DNA of 57,209 nucleotides, the filler included, from Sphacelaria rigidula (lineage: Eukaryota), in assembly GCA_964200075.2 (NCBI GenBank). It is 5 parts of 5 records of this genome, joined end to end, with 100 filler letters (N's around TTAATTAATTAA, not from the genome) between each part and the next. Parts side by side here need not be neighbours in the genome. Positions count along the whole stretch, not along the records: positions 22,931 to 34,291 come from CAXNAA020005022.1; positions 34,392 to 45,750 come from CAXNAA020005023.1; 3 more parts are not named here. One strand, 5' to 3'. The position numbers and the translations under genes were made by a program. The stretch's first letter is position 1. Every line of letters starts with the position of its first letter. Positions 24,710 through 37,300 of this stretch are shown here, piece by piece. Below the pieces are notes generated by a model. That model was not told where the DNA came from and ran no database searches. It was given only the letters and a program-made list of their open reading frames with translations.

Positions 24710-27700
24710 CTGTTTCCAAGCCCCAACGTGGACTCGAGCTTCGATGGCGAAAGCGCCCGTGTCACATCTTGCTTATTCGCGAACACCAGTACGGTGAAGC
24801 ATTTACGCTTTGGCTCAGACGCAAGCGCCGACATCGTAGCATGTAACTTCGCTTTCGCTGACCAAACAACAAGCGCGGGTTGCGGACGGGAGGGGGGGGG
24901 CGTGAACTTTGGGAATCGAGCTGGCTATAAAAATGTGAAATGGGGATGCACACTCACATCGAATTGATTTGGGGTTGCTCTAGTGTAGTGCAATAGGTAT
25001 TCATGCCAGTACATGTAGATGATCCCTAGCCTGAGCGAGGTCTACATGGACAGTGGAGTTTGCCGGCGTTGGGCTACAAATGTCCATGTTTGATATTACC
25101 TGACTTGAGTGTAAACAACGAGAATCGGAATTTTAGTGGGGCTGACAGTCCCATGTACTCCCCGCGTGCGCAGAACGCGTTTTCGTTGAAATCGGCGCCA
25201 CAGGCGCCGATTTGGGGACTACCAAGGCCGCACTTTGCCTGGGGAATGCATGTATTACCCTTGCCCGAGGGTTCTCGGTATGTGTTGGGTTGGGGTAAGG
25301 GTTAGGGGTAGCGATACTTGTAAAAATGTGTCAACCATGGACATTTGTAGTACAACGCCGGTAAACTAGCCCATGGGGGAGCTGCATCGCGTGCATGATG
25401 GAAGCATGCACTCTTTTGGAACGACACCCTACCACGTGCATTAGGTTTAGCCTCGATTGTTAGCGCGTCAAGTCACCAACAACAGTGAGTGAAGGTTTAT
25501 ATGGGTTATGGGTTATACTAGGGTCGTTCCAGACGATGAGGGTGCGTTTGGGGATGTGTCCGTGCACCTTTCCATTTTCCACCTGTCAAAGGAACAGCCG
25601 ATCATCGAAATTGAGGATGGAGCTTTTCGTTGAGGATGAGAACCCGGAGGATAAAAATCCTCGTATCCACAACAAATCTTCGAAATATGGTTCCATTCCT
25701 TCACCTATTGGTAGACACCTGCTACACGCCCTACAAGTTTGCATTTCGATAACCGACATGTTGGGGTCCTAGATGAAGAAACAATGTTGGGGAATTTAGA
25801 TGATGTGATCCGATCGTAGAAATTCCCCGAAGATGGTATTTCACCTGGGACCCCAAAAATTCGGTCATCGAAATCGACATTTGTGTGACATGTGGTACTT
25901 GTCAATAGCTACCAGTTGGTGAAGGGATGGAACCATATTTCGAAGATTTGGTGTGGATACGAAGATTTTAATCCTCCGGGTTCTCATCCTCAATGAAATG
26001 CTCCGTCCTCAATTTCGATGATCGGCTGTCAAGGGGGAAACGGTATGTTTCATGTCACGCGGTTGGGGGCCCACGTCCACATTCCGCATTGCATCACGTC
26101 GTATCATGCCAGCAGCTCACGCGCGGAAAATCAATACGATCGCCATCATGAAGAGCAAACTCATGTCTGCATGCTGTAGTGCGGTCATGGTATGTGCAGT
26201 ATAGGGGCTGTGCGAGCCCCAAACTGCACGAAATAAGCAGCCGTGCTGCTTTTCGGTCGTGCCTACATTCAAATTTTGGAAAGGGAAACGAACAACGCCA
26301 TGGAAGACTTATGTACGCCGAGACAAAGATATCATAAATGGAATGTGTGAATGGAAAACTTGCAAAAGTGGGAAAAAAATGGACCTTCATCACGTTGTCG
26401 ACAACGGCCCTTAGTCTTCAAATGTGACTCGACCGCACCGCGCAACAGTGTAACACGGCGCCACCACCCAGAAACGTCGTGAAGAGGTGGTGGATACCGT
26501 TGTGTTGGCACCTCATATGTAATGACAGCTGACCTCGTGATTCGCGTCCACGCAGTGCACACGAGAATGTCCATAGAAGTGCAGCTGCATGCATCGCTTT
26601 TCGTAAACATTTATCCCTTCATCCCTTGCCCACCGACGAATAAGACGCGTAAAGAGGAAATACTGCCGAACGGCAGCAGCTTGTCGGCACGGGCCGGTAC
26701 CTTGAGGCAACGATTACTTTCTGCTTGCACAAGAACGTTCGGGCAACAAGGATCGACCAAGGCGGGCTGTCTAGTGTACACAATCGATTTCCGGCGACGG
26801 CCTGTGAGCTGTTATGCTGAAGACCTCAAACTTGCTCAATTATCTGTTGTCCTACAAGGCGCTGTATTGCCTGCTCTGCCTGTGCCACGGTAGAGGTGAA
26901 GAGTACATAACACCGTCACACACTCCTTTTGTTTCAAGCTGCCCGCGAGACCGTCGTGTTGCAAACCCTCGCATCCACATATTTCCGATTTATTTAACCC
27001 CGCGCTTGTGCTTGTGGGTCCTACTGCTGCTCAGCTGCTGGTGATAATACTCCAGCGCAACAAAACTGGTTGGAGGATTGGGGGGCACAAGACCGTTCGT
27101 CTCCTGTGGATACAAGTGTTGTCCCGACTTCAGACCACGCATTCGCACAAACCCGCCTTTGTCTCCCAAAGCAACCCTAGGAAACAGACCGCAGTGGTGC
27201 TGGATTGTCGTAAATTGATCTTAATAGTCGAAAAAAACGTTTGCGTGAAAGCTGACCTCGGTCGATGCCGGCCAAGTTCTCCGTGCAATCCACGATAAAG
27301 CACAGCGCACGGGATGCCGGAAAACACTTTTTCCGCACGTCCTCGCCATGCACCTCCCACACGTTCAACTTGGTCCCAGCTTGCCACACGCTCTCGACAA
27401 AGAAGCCCGTTATTCCAGGGGTGGGAGTAAGCAGCCGTTCGCCTTTTTTCAGTCGGAATAGCGCACAGCTCTTGCCCGATCCCGGACATCCCTGGGGGAA
27501 AGGTATCATGGAGAGGGCATGATTTTTTCTCGAGTGAGCATGGACAGAGAGAATTGCTTTCATCGCAGTCTCTGGTCCGCCCATCCGCCCACCGTGAAGT
27601 AACAGGTACTTGGCGAGACTGTCCGCAGTAAATGGGCTGATTTCGGACATACATGATGTGCTCCTGGACTTGACAGTGATGAGTTTTTTTGACAACTTCG

Positions 27701-28064
27701 ACAATATTTTGTTGTTCACAATGAGTGCGCACATGAGATCACAAGCCGTACGGCTTAGTGTGTCAGGATAAAAATTAAGCTGTAAGTGGTCGTATATGCC
27801 GTGTTTTCCAACGCCGTCGTGACCACGCGAAGAGCGTCGTGCGCCCCATCCCTGTGCGAAGCACCAATGGAAGCGCTGTTTTCAAGAACATCACAACACC
27901 AGTACAGACAGTAAAACGAAACGGCAGCGGGTTCTTTTTCCCCCCTTCCCGGTAGGAAAAGGCTGTCGATGAAACTCAGATAGTGTTCTCCTACATGTAG
28001 CTGTTTTTTTCTGGCTCACCTCAATCAACACCTGTACCTCTCCTTTCTTCATAATGTTGCCCAT
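24710..28064 (-). CDS. Atypical ARF/ARL-family small GTPase-like protein (3 exons defined, 3' end unresolved)
   Basis: Exons 28064-28020 (MGNIMKKGEVQVLIE, Gly2), 27491-27257 (GCPGSGKS P-loop, TPTPG, GFFVE, LNVWEVHGE, ALCFIVD), 24857-24710 (AKAKLHATM..VLVFANKQD..LESTLGL). Junctions are in phase with canonical GT-AG. A possible C-terminal exon lies near 24284-24387 (FVEGVGEFTKEFLRKKK). Confidence 0.8.
25058..25366 (-). mobile_element. MITE family D second copy
   Basis: Reverse-complement homolog of 17989-18297 with the same TIRs. Confidence 0.85.
25594..26029. mobile_element. Foldback/MITE with about 118-bp TIRs
   Basis: ACAGCCGATCATCGAAATTGAGGA..TTGGTAG (25594-25712) is matched by its reverse complement CTACCA..TCCTCAATTTCGATGATCGGCTGT (25910-26029). 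Confidence 0.8.
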
Positions 28065-30440
28065 CGTATTTTGGTCTTGCTGAAGGGCGAGCACACAGTC
28101 GAGCGAGAAGTGATGGACAAGATCCGATCTAAAAAACGGATCATGTAGAAGTCACCTTTGTCATTTTCCAAAGGAGACACGTTCGCAACAGCCCACACAC
28201 CCTTGACCCACCCATCACCCACTACGGTAGCCTCGGGTCGTCACGGAATCTCAAAAGGTGTGGCACTTGAAATAGGGGGAAGCTGGTTGTTGAAAGAAGA
28301 AGAATCCGTACTGCTAGACTCTGCAAGCATTGGCAAGACTCTTTGTATTTTCTGCGACTACTGCCTTCGCAACCAAGTGCCACTCGGGCGTCTTGATTTG
28401 GCGGTTCATCCCGACGTGTCAGCCCCTTTAATTTCAAGTAAAAACAAAGCTTACAGTCAGGGACAGGCATTGTCACGGTCCGGTTTTACTTCGGCAATAT
28501 CAATGCTTTTCGTATACCTGCTGCTGGCGGCTGGAGCTAGGACGGCACATGGCACTGCTCCTTCTGCTACTCCTGTGAGGTGTGTACGGGCGTATTTGTA
28601 CGTTTTTATCGTGATGGTATTCACGCGAAGCGTAGAAAGTTATAAAGTGGGGCGTGTATACTGTACAAATACGAATATTTTTGTACACACTGCTGCTTAC
28701 AGTACTGTATAGCGGTTAATTTCTCCATGTCAAGTTACTCACCGTTATACAGTACACACTATTAAGACATAGTATGTGTTGAGGTTGCGCTACGTCTCCA
28801 TCATCACGAGTCACCAACTTCTATATTTTCAAAAATCCACGACACACTTGCGTAGTACAAAATACAGCGAAGTTCACTGATCAACATTTCTTCCATCTTC
28901 GATAGCGTCTGTTGCACATCAGTGAGGGGGCATGTCATCTTAGACAGCTATGCCTTAACTGTCCCGACTTCCTCTTTTGTTTCAAGTTGGCCTCTACGAC
29001 ATTGGCACCCGTATTGGTAAGTTCGAACCAAATCGCCCTCCCTGGTAATCTCGCCGCATTTTACAGTGGGACTTGTGCAGACGGGTTGTAACAGACAGTA
29101 GGTACAGTCCAGTAGTCAGCTCAGGGCAAGGTACGCTGTGCCGAACGTACAGCATATAACTTGTTGCGGTGTTCGTACAACAATAATCCATCCGCCCATA
29201 TAACACAGGCGTAGATCCCTATGAACAATGCTGCATGTGGTATAGCGGTCGCTGTAACAGCAGTATGTCGTGCGTCCCGCGGTGTGCTCTCTGCGACATC
29301 TGTCTGTCCTGCAACATCTCGTCCTGACAAATGTACTGTCAGATGCTACTGTACAGAACATTCGAGAAGCCCCGCAACAGTACGGTACCTGTACTACTGC
29401 CCAGTAAAGAAATATACCATCCATGATCAACCGCTCGGGCGCGAGAGCGCGAGATTATACTAGAACCGCTGCTAGATGGACTACAGTGCTGAAAAAATAT
29501 TGAGGAAGGTCTACTTGAGGTGAACATAATCACATGAATAGCGGGGTGTGCCACAGCATACATGTATCACACCGAATGCTGTCGTTGAGCGTGACCCCCA
29601 CACTCAGAGTGACTCAGCCGTTGATATTGTTCCGAAATGAGGTCTCGCACACTGAAGATCGCGTGTATCGAACCGCTTTGGGGCTCCACCTCGCGTTAGT
29701 ACTAGATGAACGTGGTGTTGACGGTGTCTTTCTGCTAATTCTCGGGTGGTGATGAACTAATCACATTGGCAGCAGAAGGTGAAGCGATCGAGGGGCCAAT
29801 CACGAAAAAAGGGGGCAACCCTTTTTCGTTGTTCACACGGGAAAAGCGTTGTCCAGGAAGAATATGACCCGATACAAGAATCAAGTACGTGATTGCACGG
29901 AGAGAGGCGACCAAGATACGGATGTAGTGTTGAGAAGATGATGGTCCTTGCGGGGTGAATTCTACGTCATGTTTGTCCAGCACTCAATTTTTTTCGGGGA
30001 GCTTGGTGATCATTTGGGTTGAGAGTACGACAAACACCGTTGTAAAACCCGCGGGCAAACGGCCCACTCCGTAGACACGGCAAAAAGGCAACCCATACAA
30101 TTTCACCAACACCAACAAGCAGCTGCGAGATCAGGCGAACCAAGTGCACACGACTTTAATACCCAGTAATGGCAGACACTGCCTTTCCTGCATATCCCCT
30201 CCAGCCCCGAGACACGCCTTTGCTGCCCTGACTTCGCGCTGGGAGATATGTCTGTCGGTGACAGGGTTAGATGCCGACAGGCATATGACTACTGTGCGGT
30301 GCGATGCGATGCTGTGCTGCGATGCGCGCTACCACCCCTGTACTAGTACTTACTTTGACACGAGGGGCATTCATGGACTGCTCTCTTTTGAGATTCCAGA
30401 ACGGTTTTGATTTTGACTACGCACGCCGTTCTGTGTGTTA

Positions 30441-30803
30441 TCGTCCCATCTGTTCTGGACGCCAGTCTACACCTTTCGGTATATGTGGGCGCACCAGCCG
30501 GGGTCGCACAGGAGGAAGGTGGACACAGGAGTCTTTTATTCGGGTTTTTTTGTTCTTGTTCTTGTTCTTGTTTTATGCCGCTTCCTTCCTTCTGCGGTGC
30601 TTGCCTTTTATTTTTATCGCAAGAGGAGCCCAGCGGTCCCTTTCCCTTGTCGACCGTTGAGTCAAATTTTGTCCACGACATACTCGTAGTCGCTCTCCAC
30701 TGGTGGGTATGAGAAAAAATTCCAGATCGCTCCGTGATTCGAACCCGCGATCCAACCGTAAGGAGGCGTCGAGGTTACCAACTGAGCCACCGGGGTGACC
30801 GGC
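30441..30803 (-). mobile_element. tRNA-derived SINE, full-length
   Basis: The minus-strand head has A box TGGCTCAGTTGG and B box GGTTCGAATCA, followed by a body shared with 21850-22075, 50310-50462 and 56675-57045. Confidence 0.8.
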
Positions 30804-32505
30804 TTTCTCTGTCCTTATGACCAGCCAACATAAATGATGGAGCCCAGGAGGGGTGGTGTCAATCTTGTTGATATACATTTGTCCAAGCATCGCAGGCAAG
30901 AATATAACATAACGATACCCAGAAGATGAACCAATTCATTGTAGAATGTCATCTATATGTAAAATAATCAGTACGTTTGGAGCCGAACGATATCAGCAGG
31001 ATGAAGCTCACCCTTCATGCAACTCGCCGAACACATCACGGCGCTTTACGATTGGTGTTTGTGAACCTCGTCCGGCGAAAACCTTGCGAGCTCCGTCCCG
31101 GTTTTGTAGGGATGCGAGGTCAGTGGTCATGTGACTACGGCATGCAAGATCATGAGTACAACCCTCCTCATAAGAAAAAGAGTTCTAGCTCTAGCATAAC
31201 TTGGCAACGTGGAACTCATGTGTTGCATATGCTCGTGACGTTTTGGTGCTGTGATTTGAAGATGTTTGAACTACGAGTTTGAGAGATCGGGCCAATGTGC
31301 GGAAATGGTGATAATAATGAGTGGCACGGCATAAACCGCACATCACAGAGGCATTTGTTCCGCTACAGTAACGCATGTCGCATGTACTGCTGTTCACCCT
31401 CACTCGTCGACCTCAAGCCGTCCATCGCGCAATAGTTTACATGCCAGCAGGGCATATTTTTTTATAAGGCCGCCATCTTATTGCAAGCACGGTGACTTAC
31501 TGCGGCTGGACACGACCATAATTTATAAAGACTCCCCCCCCCCCCCTGCTGCTCCTCTACCTAGGCAACAAACATACATTGGGGCAGAGGCCAGAATTGA
31601 AGCTTACGATGCGACTGGTGTCGTTATGCGACTCGATCCATACCCATTGCTGGATCTGTTATAATATATGTATACCCATAGTAGCTGAATTCGAGATGTG
31701 GCATGAAGCGCTTCACGTCTGATAGAGGAAGGTTGCTGTGTCATTCTCTGTAGGAACCAGAAGCTGTTCCACGTGGGTCCGTATGTTATCAGTGCCTTTT
31801 GTCGCGTTTTCAGTACAAAACTGCTAGTTGTTGTATTAGTATTTGTTCCCTGTCTTTTCTTTTTCCTCCAAGCGAATCGGCTGTCCAAAATTGTCCAAAA
31901 ACAATTTGTGTTCGCAAAAGGCTCTCCCCCACATAAGCTAGGCCCTTCAGAGCGCCGATTGCATTTAGGGCTTTTTGTTCTCCTCCGTACTACCGAGAAT
32001 TTCTATGATGATGTGGAGGAAGTCCCCCTGCAGCAAATCAAAAGCGCAGATACACCTCGTTGAGTTGTTCAGGATTTACTGCGAGGTAAGTCTATGGTCC
32101 AAGGATGGGATGAACGATCCGGAAGCTTTCACGATTCGGGGCGTTTTCCACTTACAATTAAAGTCCAGTAGACAACGAAAGAAAGGAGAGCATCACAGCC
32201 GTACATTCGGCGATTGGCATAACATACACTACCTACATCCCCTACGTTGTAATTTTCCAAAAGCGTGTGTCATGTCTCAGCACCCTCGTGTGCCTTGTTT
32301 GTCCAGCCAGCCACTTGCCTGACCTACACTACAACACAACCGCTCATTGTGATATTTCCAAACCTATTTGCCATGCCATGTCCTAACGCCCCCCCCGCCC
32401 TTCCTTCCTTGTTTTTTTTCGTCAGTCAGTCGCTGATCTACGTACGCTATGTATACCTCACCGTTGCAATTTTTCCAAAACCGCGTACAACGAATGCCTT
32501 GACGC

Positions 32506-33630
32506 GTGACGCCCTCATTTCTTCTTGGCTTTTTGGCCTCCCACACCCACACCCACACCCTTGCGCGCCCGCCCCGCCCTCGTACCCGATCGAGTAGACG
32601 GGCGAAACAAATTATATCGCCCACGCGGGGCAATGCCAGGCTCCACCTCGAACCACCACCTCCGCTGCCGCTACCATTACCCCCACCCGGCTCGGGCGTC
32701 TTCGCTTTCATCCCGGGGGGTCAGGGAGCAGCACTCAGTATTACAACCATCGCCGACGCCACCAGGCCTCAACGAATCAGAAGATACGCTAAAAGTACCT
32801 CGGAGAAGCGGCACAGCAGCAGCAGCAGAGGCGGCGGCGGCGGCGTACCGTGCGGTCGGTTCGTCCGGATGCATTGCCCGCGAGGCCCGTCTTTGGTGGG
32901 TCTGGGTGGCAGGAGGAGCGGCAGTAGCGCAGCTATGCCTGTACGAAGCAATATTTTCAATAGTGGCAGCGGTGACAATGGTCAGCTCGGGGGCGGTGGA
33001 ATGCTTGCCTGTGGTAGTAGTGGCGGGCGCGGTCTGTTAATGATGGGACGTCGGCCATCTGCTCCGAGGATCGGGCGCGGTAGGGGTGGTGCGGGGGGCA
33101 CAAAGTCTCGACCAAGGCCTTCCGCCGCTCCGCTGGAATTTTTTCCCGAGCGCGGGGATGCACGCCAGACGCCGACGAAACGGCGGCGTGAATCGTCACG
33201 GCAGCAACAAGGACAAGAGGAACAGCAGCAACGACAACAAGAGTCGTTGCAGCAGAAGCCGAAGTCGCCATCTCGGACCCGAAAGCGGCGAGGGAAAACG
33301 CCTGCTTCAAGCGCATCCTCTTCGTCTAAGAAGAGGACGAGTGTTGTTCGTGATGGGCCAGCACGGAAGGAGCGATTGTTGGGTGGTGAGGCGGGCGGTA
33401 GTAGGGACGATGCCTACGCCGGGGAGCGGCAGGCCTCGCGAAACAACGCCCGGGATGTAGACGAGGAAGAACCAGCGCGAAGAATGAGGAGAACAAACGG
33501 GGTGCCTCTCGTGATAGCGTGCGATGCGGAGAGCATCACGCACTCCGAGCTGCTGGACAGTATTGATATCGTATTTAAGCGCGGTGTGGGGGACGTAGGC
33601 ATCATCTACAGGGACTGGAAGTCGAACCCT
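32506..33630 (+). CDS. Probable NYN/LabA-DUF88 (PIN-like) domain protein, large exon; true start and downstream exons unresolved
   Basis: Long stop-free frame with a G/S/R/Q-rich low-complexity region ending in LVIACDAESITHSELLDSIDIVFKRGVGDVGIIYRDWKSNP, followed by a GTGAGT donor at 33631. This resembles the NYN N-terminal pattern (hhhhDxEN...G....YxDW). The gene heads into the spacer at 34292. Confidence 0.55.
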
Positions 33631-34391
33631 GTGAGTTTGTGGTCGAGCACCAAGTCGTTCGTGACGAGCCGATTTTCTGGGGTGTGGGTTGTACGATGTT
33701 CGGTTTCACTTTACTTGAATTTTTCCATTTCTCTCTCTCTCTCTCTCTCTCTTCACGGGTTGTATGTTGGATGAGGGTTTCCATGTTGGGTCTTTTCAGT
33801 GGCTCCTCGCCTACTGTTGTTGTCCGCGTGTATCGCGTGAAGGGGTGAGAGTGCCGAGAAGGGTATCCGACAGTATCGTGTGCGTGTCCAAGTCGTCATG
33901 GTTGTACAGTTTCTCACTTCCCCCTTAGCCTGTTTGGATCATGATAATTTGTAGAGCTCGGAAATGGTCCCAGTTATAACTGGCCATTATCATTATAATG
34001 GTAATAATGGTAATGGTTACATGAATTTTTTGGATAGTGGTTTCAAACCATTATTTACCGTTACCAGCTATATGAGCCGTTACCGGCCACGTGTGCTACA
34101 CACAGCCCTTGAAAATTGGCCCAAATACAGCGTATTTTTTAGCTCTAGTGATGCCAAATCGCACAAAAACGTGTCTCAGGCACGGCGCCTCCAGCGGGGC
34201 CCTCCGGAGGTGCCTCCGGTCGGGCCCCCTCTACCAGGGGGGGGGGGGTGTACTCATGATCATGCTTGCCATAGTCATAAGACCATTGACCNNNNNNNNN
34301 NNNNNNNNNNNNNNNNNNNNNNNNNNNNNNNNNNNTTAATTAATTAANNNNNNNNNNNNNNNNNNNNNNNNNNNNNNNNNNNNNNNNNNNN

Positions 34392-37300
34392 GTCTGAAAC
34401 AGGCGGTTCTGTGCCGGCTGGTGACGCTATGGGCTCACTCGTGGGGGTCGCAACGGGCAGTTCCGTATCGATTGGTGCCACTACGGGCGTGGCTGTGACG
34501 GGTGTGACCGGCTCAATCGTTAGTGTCAAATTAGGTGGCTCTGTACCGGCTGGTGCCGCTATGGGGCTGGACGAGGAGGGTGTAACCGGCTCAGCTGTTG
34601 TTGCACCCGGCGCGGCAGTGAGCGGCATTGCTGGTGCGGCGGTTGGCGTAGCTACGGGGGACCCGGTCACCACTGGCCCATCTGATGGTTCTACAACTGA
34701 AGCCTGGGACTTCCGTGTGTGAACCACAGTGTGGGTATTTCGTGGTGAGTAGTCAGGATGGAACGGGAATTATGTGGGGGTTGAGTATGGAAATGTCGTG
34801 ATGTACAATTAGTCGGGAGCGACCGGTCGTGCAGTGTACGGGTGTGTTGGGGGATGGAAGGCGACACCGGTACGTTGGGGGATGGGAGGCGACACCGGTA
34901 CAGTCGACATAGATATGTCGAGGGGGCGGGAAGGTCACGGGGGCAGCGTTCAGCAGGTGTTGACGTGGTGTGGTATTTGACACCAAAGCAACGGTTCGGC
35001 GAATGAAGAAAAAAAAGCAAAGAAATGTGGCCGCGGGAGGGGCAAAACAAGAAATGAGTCTAAAAAGCAAATTTATGGTATCACGCAGTACTGTGACTTC
35101 AGCGCACCCTTATGGGTTTCAGAGCAGGTGGATGACCCATGAAGAGGTTCGCATCGACCTTGCGCACGCAAGATTCCTCCTACTGAGAGCATCTACAGAA
35201 GTGAGGGAGAATCTCCGGCCAACTACTCTCAGAGTCAGAGGTACAGTAGATTTTTCATTCTGTTATCTAGCAGGCAATTTTCAACCGTTTTCCCGCGTGC
35301 TATCGCTCATCCCAGAAAACATTTGATGCCAAAGTTTGGGGATCTGATATCAGGCGTCTGCTTCTCATTCCCAAACAAGAATTATCTCCGCGCTCAATAT
35401 CGAACGACTTTCGGGCTGAATGGACAAGGGGTGTTCTTGACCGTTTTTGGTCCGACACACATTTTCTTCTGGTTCTAGCGCAATAAATGTTTAAAAACAG
35501 GATTAACGGACCGTTCAATTCTTCACAAGAACGATCGAGATTGGCTCGCCCTCATTTATGCTATGCGGAGCTCAATCGCGCAACTGTCGTAGTGGAGTAC
35601 TTTCCTGACTTTTCAAAGCTATCGAGAGTCCTAGCGTCGAGAGATATTGGGGAAAGAAGCAGGTCGTGCTCAGGACACAATTCTCGAGTGGTGTTTTCGT
35701 GGTGATATGAAGTAAGTACCTCGTTGATCAGGAGATATTATCGACCGTGATTGGTCCAGGAAACAGTGTTTTGTCTCAAGCGGAATCAATACGCAGAAAT
35801 GAAAATAATACTCTTTATCAGTTCACGAGAACGATCGATCTTGCTTCAATCGAGCAAAAATACCGAATGGTCAGAACCTGGGGCTGGGTAATCTCAGGAC
35901 CCTCGGAAACTGGTCAGCCCGTAAGTGGTTCAACATTGGCCGCAGACATCATCTTGTTTCGGAATGTGGAGCAGAGGCCTACTATCCCCCGACTCTGGGA
36001 TCAAACGTTCAATGGCATGAGCGGTGGCACGCGAAAACACGAATGAAAATCGCCGACCACTACAAAATCACACACTCCCCTCTTTCAGCTATATACTACT
36101 GTAGCTTTCATCGCTGTGCGTTCCATCACGTTCGTGCCTTATCAGGTTCGACAGAACACTCGGAGATATCTCGGGGAAGATCGGCAAGTTTCGGGTCGGC
36201 TGGTTCTCAGTACAAAACAAACATTTTCATTCGACGTCTGCTCGCAACCGGACAGTCCGGCCAGTGTTTTCCCGCTCTCTACCGGAGAGTTTCTCATGTG
36301 TCTTCTCTACTACAACCAGCCCATCAGCGGCTAGGGGTATGATCACAGATGCCGTGACTCCTACACAGTAAAGCAGTCATGAATCTACGCGAGCACACAA
36401 TCCACATGATCATCAGTCACGTGATTGCTCGACTTCTCGCCACACCTGTTCGATCTATCTGATCACGGTTTCTCGACACCCCCGTCACCCACGAAGTTGT
36501 CAGCGGAACTACATTCTATTGAAGGAGGTTTAGCAGTCACACACGATGAGTACAAACAGGCCCTCTCCGACCATATTTCTTACCGGCGCTGGAGTAGCGG
36601 GCGCCGCAGCGGGTGCCGCCGTGGCCACCTCTGCGGTAGGCTCTGCGATAGGACCCGTTGTGGTTGGCTGGAACAAGACACAGCAAATTATGTGAAAAAA
36701 AACGGCAGTGTCGATAGGGAGCAATGTTCAAAGACAATCAAATTAAGTAGGCACCCACTACCTGTTAACGATCGCAGAGGACTGCGCAGTTCGATTTAAC
36801 CACCCTACAGGCTGGTTCACGGGGAAAGAAAAAATCTGTCATCAGCAAATACCTTTGGCAATACGCACGCAATAGTCGCATACGTAGTATCATACTGACC
36901 GCGATGGACAAGCGAAGAGGGTAACAGAGCCGGACATTTTTCAAGGCTATAGCGGTGGCGTTATGTACGAAACTATGTCTCGACCAATCAGCCCCTCTCA
37001 AACTGTTCCGAAATTGAAAATACAAATCCCAAGCCTAATTTCTACCGAATCTCCACATGCTTCAAATCTTAGTGACCGTCATCACCTCAAGGATCTAACG
37101 GGAGAACCAGATTTGAAAACGGTTATGACGGGGTCGAATTAAACCCGGAACCGTCATGTTTCGGTGACGTGGAGTTTGGCGTCGCCTAATTTCCACTTAT
37201 GATACGCAGGAAAGACCCAGGGAGCCTCGTGACGATTTCTCTTATATTTGTTGTTGAAAAGCTTACATTATACTCAAACTTGGCAGTCCCGTGGGTATTG

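Noticed and set aside
30715..30803. Functional tRNA gene
   Set aside because: There is no complete cloverleaf or acceptor stem and it is fused to a dispersed repeat body, so it is called a SINE head.
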